Of a stretch of DNA of 64,000 nt, positions 58,301 through 64,000 are shown piece after piece; positions within the stretch are counted from its first letter, which is position 1, and every line of letters starts with the position of its first letter. The position numbers and the translations under genes were made by a program. This DNA is from Schmidtea polychroa (lineage: Eukaryota): assembly GCA_044892525.1 (NCBI GenBank), contig CM097885.1, forward strand, positions 9,612,001-9,676,000, in the 5' to 3' direction. The notes under the pieces are model-generated. The model saw nothing but the letters and a program-made list of their open reading frames with translations. It searched no databases and was not told the origin of the DNA.

Positions 58301-59879
58301 TAATTTTTATTTAAAATTTAAAAACAAGTCAATAAAATATAGCAAATTATCAAGAAATTAATTAAATTTATCTTAGAATTAACACTAAGCCTTAAATATT
58401 CTTTCAATTAACATGAAATTCACAAAAAAAAATGTTGGTAAAATCCCGCTAACTCTAAAAAATTACCAATGAATTTAACGCCAAATAATAACCAAATATT
58501 TGCCTAAATAAAACACAGCAGTACCTTTACGATCAGTACCCTTACGACCAATACCCTTACAAGCAGTACCCATAGAGGGAGAAAATATGTTGTCGGATAA
58601 ACTCAGAGTATATATAATAAAACGAATTAACAATAACTCCATCAAATTGAATCAGTCAAATTAACACAAATTTTAATAAAAAATCTTATTCTAAAATGGT
58701 AAGCAGCGTAAAATCGAAAGATAACACAGAGATAAAATTAACAATATTATTCTCAGGTGGTAAGAATCATCATTATTCTATGATTAATTAATATTGAAAT
58801 TCAAAAAAGTCAAAATAAGTGCTTGAATTATTCATTAATGGAAAGTAAATGTAAATATAGCGAGAAGTGGCATAGATAAGATGGAAATATATTAATTGCA
58901 TTTATTTAAAATTATTTCATGAAATTCATTAAAATAATGACTTTAATAAAAAATATTTAATAAAATTTTCAAAGAAATATTTGTTGGGAGGATTAGTGGA
59001 AAATCTGGGGGCTATAAGTGATGAGGATATATAAAATTATTTCTAATATATGAGTTACTAACGAATTAAAATATTCTAATAATGTGATAAACATTTATTT
59101 TGATAGAGTATTTAATCCACAAATGAAAACATACATAACAAATGGTATTTGACTGAGCAATAATGATAAATTCATATTTTAAATTTTGATTAACTCCTTT
59201 AATATTGAATTAATAATTATTATATTTACTATTTTACATTAAATATTTCTAAAACAAATATTCTAAAAGATAATTTAAGATACATTAGTCTTCAATCAAA
59301 AAGATCTCTCAAAGTTAAGAACGAAACAAAGTGTGCCATTAACTTTACTTAAATATATGAAAACCCAAAGTAAACAATGATAATAAAAGGATAACAGACT
59401 CAAAAATAAAATATTCTTACCACCTGAGAATAATATTGTTAATTTTATCTCTGTGTTATCTTTCGATTTTTACGCTGCTTACCATTTTAGAATAAGATTT
59501 TTTATTAAAATTTGTGATAATTTGACTGATTCAATTTGATGGAGTTATTGTTAATTCGTTTTATTATATATACTCTGAGTTTATCCGACAACATATTTTC
59601 TCCCTCTATGGGTACTGCTTGTAAGGGTATTGGTCGTAAGGGTACTGATCGTAAAGGTACTGCTGTGTTTTATTTAGGCAAATATTTGGTTATTATTTGG
59701 CGTTAAATTCATTGGTAATTTTTTAGAGTTAGCGGGATTTTACCAACATTTTTTTTGTGAATTTCATGTTAATTGAAAGAATATTTAAGGCTTAGTGTTA
59801 ATTCTAAGATAAATTTAATTAATTTCTTGATAATTTGCTATATTTTATTGACTTGTTTTTAAATTTTAAATAAAAATTA
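58301..59879. repeat. 467-bp near-perfect inverted repeat (58301-58767 / 59413-59879)
   Basis: Direct reverse-complement match. Confidence 0.9.
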
Positions 59880-59995
59880 TCATTTTTTGGCTGTAACTAA
59901 TCTCGATCGACTGCTCAATTACAGAGATAGAGTAGAAGGAGTCAGAATCCAATCACATTGGTGTCATACGTGTCTTCATGGGTTTCAAAAACGTC
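59875..59995 (+). pseudogene. polB: ~120-bp fragment of the second-family pPolB
   Basis: Reverse complement of about 42278-42398 (YHFLAVTNLDRLLNYRDRVEGVRIQSHWCHTCLHGFQKR). Confidence 0.9.
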
Positions 59996-60094
59996 AGTAG
60001 GTAGATAGTAGCGCACGGCAGCAATGACCCCCCCCGGGGGGGGGGTTCTGCTGCCGTAATTTTTTTGCTGCAACTTTTGATTACGCAATTTTTC

Positions 60095-61380
60095 AGTGAG
60101 GGGGTCTCGATGGTCCTGGGATTTTCAATACAAAAAAATTTTTTCAATACAAAAACGATGGTCTTGGGATTTTCAATACAAATAAAATTGTTTCAATACA
60201 AAAATCCGACTACCACTAAAAAAGCATGGAATTTTCACACTATAGTGAGGGGGGTCTCGATGGTCCTGGGATTTTCAATACAAATAAAATTTTTTCAATA
60301 CAAAAATCCGACTACCACTAAAAAAGCATGGAATTTTCACACTATAGTGAGGGGGGTCTCGATGGTCCTGGGATTTTCAATACAAAAAATTCTTTTCTAT
60401 ACAAAAATCCGACTACCACTAAAAAAGCATGGAATTTTCACACTATAGTGAGGAGAGTCTCCTTGGTCCTGAGAAATAGGTGGTCTACACTAAAAAAGCC
60501 AAAGATTTTTCAGACTATAGTGAGGTGAGTCTCCTTGGTCCTGAGAAAAAGGTGGTCTACACTAAAAAACGTGGTAATTTAAGGTCTCAGGATATTTTCA
60601 ATACAAAAATCCGACTACCACTAAAAAAGCATGGTAATTTAAGGTCTCAAGATATTTTCAATACAAAAAGCTGGTCTACACTAAAAAAGCATAGAATTTT
60701 TCAGACTATAGTGAGGTGGGTCTCCTTGGTCCTGAGAAATAGGTGGTCTACACTAAAAAACGTGGTAATTTAAGGTCTCAGGATATTTTCAATACAAAAA
60801 TCCGACTACCACTAAAAAAGCATGGTAATTTAAGGTCTCAGGATATTTTCAATACAAAAAGCTGGTCTACACTAAAAAAGCATAGAATTTTTCAGACTAT
60901 AGTGAGGTGGGTCTCCTTGGTCCTGAGAAATAGGTGGTCTACACTAAAAAACGTGGTAATTTAAGGTCTCAGGATATTTTCAATACAAAAATCTGACTAC
61001 CACTAAAAAAGCATGGAATTTTCACACTATAGTGAGGGGGTCTCGATGGTCCTGGGATTTTCAATACAAAAAATTTTTTTCTATACAAAAATCCTACTAT
61101 CAATAAAAAAGCCAAGGATTTATCACGCTATAGTGAGGAGAGTCTCCTTGGTCCTGAGAAATAGGTGGTCTACACTAAAAAACGTGGTAATTTAAGGTCT
61201 CGGGATATTTTCAATAACAAAAGCTGGTCTACACTAAAAAAGCATGGTAATTTAAGGTCTCAGGATATTTTCAATACAAAAAGCTGGTCTACACTAAAAA
61301 AGCCAAGGATTTTTTCAGACTATAGTGAGGTGGGTCTCCTTGGTCCTGAGAAAAAGGTGTTCTACACTAAAAACGTGGTA
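60095..61380 (+). repeat. Complex higher-order tandem repeat (modular ~25-60 bp blocks, ~220-bp superunit)
   Basis: Recurrent actaaaaaagcatgg, ttttcaatacaaaaa, ctatagtgagg and ggtcctgagaaa blocks. Confidence 0.9.
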
Positions 61381-61384
61381 AATT

Positions 61385-62010
61385 TTTCAATTAAAGTAAA
61401 TAATGGTCCAAATTTTAAAATTAAAGTAAATTATGGTTCTAAAAATTAAATTAAAGTAAATTATGGCTCAAATTTTTAAATTACAGTAAATTATGATCCA
61501 AAAAATTAAATTAAAGTAAATAATGGTTCTAAAAATTGAATTAAAGTAAATTATGGTTCTAAAAAATTAAATTACAGTAAATTATGGTTCTAAAAATTGA
61601 ATTAAAGTAAATTATGGTTCTAAAAATTAAATTACAGTAAATTATGGCTCAAATTTTTGAATTACAGTAAATTATGGGTCTAAAAAATTAAATTACAGTA
61701 AATAATGGTCCAAATTTTTAAATTAAAGTAAATTATGGTCTAAATAAGTAAATTATGGTTCTAAAAAATTAAATTACAGTAAATTATGGTTCTAAAATAT
61801 TAAATTACAGTAAATTATGGCTCAAATTTTTGAATTACAGTAATTAATGGTTCTTAAAAATTAAATTAAAGTAAATAATGGTTCTAAAAATTTAAATTAC
61901 AGTAAATTATGGTCTAAAAATTAAATTAAAGTAAATTATGGCTCAAATTTTAAAATTAAAGTAAATTTAGGTTCTAAAAATTAAATTAAAGTTAATTAAG
62001 GTCCAAATTT
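61385..62010 (+). repeat. ~30-bp minisatellite
   Basis: aaattaaagtaaattatggttctaaaaatt units. Confidence 0.9.
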
Positions 62011-62334
62011 TTAAATTAAGTAATCAATGGTAAAAAATTTTAAATAAGTAAATTAAAGTAATAATTTTTAAATTAAGTAATCAATGGTAAAAAATTTTAA
62101 ATAAGTAAATTAAAGTAAGATTTTAAAATTTATTAACAAAAAGTTGAAGGTGTTTGAGAATTGAAATTTTTTAATGAAAATTTTTATGGAATAATTTTTT
62201 AAGTAATTTTTAATGGAAATTTTTATGAAATATTTTTCAATGATAATTTTAGATGGAAATTTTTAAGATAATTTTTAATGAAAATTTTTATGAAATATTT
62301 TTCAAAGACAAATTTTAATAATAATTCAACAACA

Positions 62335-63335
62335 AACCAACAACCAGTAACTTATGAACATGTATTAACAACCAGATACCTACAACTAGTTACTAACAAC
62401 CAGTTACCTGATACCAGATACCTACAACTAGATACCTACAACTAGTTACCTGATACCAACTACTAACAACCACCTACCCATTAACTAGCTACAACCAGCT
62501 AACAACTAGCTACCACCTACCAAGTACATACAACCAACATCAAACAGGTACTAAGCATTATTAACCAACTACCAAGTACTTACAACAAGTTACTAACAAC
62601 CAGTTACCTGATACCAAGTACCTACAACTAGATACCACGTACTAAATAACTCTCAAACAACCAAGTACCTACAACTAATTACCAAATACCAAGTACTATC
62701 AACCAGCTAACAACTAGCTACCAAGTACTCACAACCAGATAACAACTAACAACCAGATACCAAGTACTTACAACTAGTTACTAACAACTAGCTACCAACT
62801 ACTAAGTACTAACAACCAACATCAACCAGGTACTAAGCATTATCAACCAAGTACTAACAACTAGATACCTAGTTACTAACAACCCGCTAACAACCAACAA
62901 CTAGATACCAAGTACCAGTAAATTACGAACATGTATTAACAACCAGATACCTACAACTAGTTACTAACAACTAGTTACCTGATAGCAACCAACTAGCTAC
63001 CAACTACTAAGTACCTACAACCAACATCAACCAGGTACTAAGCATTAATTACCAACTACTAAGTACCTACAACCAACTAACAACCACCTACCAAGTACTA
63101 AGCATTATCAACCAACTACTAAGTACCTACAACCAACTAGCTACCACCTACCAAGTACTAACAACCAGTTACCAACTACTAAGCATTAATTACCTACAAC
63201 TAGTTACTAACAACTAGCTACCAAGTACATACAACCAGACACTAAACATTATCAACCAAGTACTAACAACCAAGTAACTTGCCTAGTACTAAGCACTGTC
63301 AACTAGATACCAAACACTTACAACCAGATGACCAC
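62335..63335 (+). repeat. A/C-rich shuffled short-motif repeat
   Basis: accaagtact, acaactag and aacaacc modules. Confidence 0.85.
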
Positions 63336-63642
63336 ATGAAATTATTGGTTAAATATGAAAATAAGGATTATATTTAGTTAGTACGTGGTATCATGGTGTA
63401 AAATTAAGAAATAAAGAATAATTAGGTAAATTAAGGATAAGTAAATTAAAGTTAAAAATTTTAAATTAAAGAAAACAATGGTTCAAAATTTAAAATTAAG
63501 TATCCAATGGTTCAAATTTTAAATTAAAGCTAAATAAGTAAATTAAAGTAAGATTTTTAAATTTATTATCAAAAGATTGAATAACCACCAACTTTTTTGA
63601 GAAATGTAATTTATAATGAAAATTTAAATGGAAATTTAAATG

Positions 63643-63699
<57 letters not shown>

Positions 63700-64000
63700 T
63701 ACTAATAATTCAACAGTTACCAACAATCGGTTACTGATTATTTTTTAACTAGGTGCTAACAAATACTTACACCATGATACCACGTACTAACTAACTCTCA
63801 AACAACCAGATACTTACAACTAACTACTAAATATTCTTTATTGTATTTTTTGAAATGCTTTTTAAATTAATTTTTTATCTATCTTCAAAAATATATTTAA
63901 TGACAATCATTAGAAAAACCTTTTCAAATTTAACAAAAATGTTGATTTTCATCAAAAAACCACAACTCATCACCACGTGGAATTCAAAATAATTTTAATT

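Noticed and set aside
60065..61449. Repetitive ORFs and a CRISPR-like appearance
   Set aside because: Tandem satellite without unique spacers; eukaryotic context, no cas genes

Overview
AT-rich eukaryotic (probably invertebrate animal) genomic DNA with very short spliceosomal introns, dominated by nested mobile elements. (1) 1-7260: a purine-rich, same-strand cassette of intronless ORFs (TRAF homologue, two membrane proteins, coiled-coil proteins) ending in an LTR-like unit; probably the 3' end of a large cargo-carrying retroelement. (2) A host MFS transporter gene from about 12 kb whose ~20 kb intron holds a 16.7 kb Polinton/Maverick with a 6-bp TSD and a pogo transposon. The Polinton has ~5.7 kb inverted arms that each carry a full pPolB, a core of integrase, penton, major capsid and protease genes, and no visible packaging ATPase. 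(3) A second, intron-rich, decayed Polinton pPolB in a quasi-palindromic region (39.8-48.2 kb), with further fragments and satellites to the end of the window. (4) Most striking: a recent non-autonomous BEL/Pao LTR element (50502-55271, minus strand, 5-bp TSD). Its LTR carries captured fragments resembling ESCRT-II SNF8/Vps22 and proteasome PSMA6, and its Gag is fused to a ubiquitin domain, all in one 1146-codon reading frame. Homology calls come from motif recognition by eye; no database searches were run.
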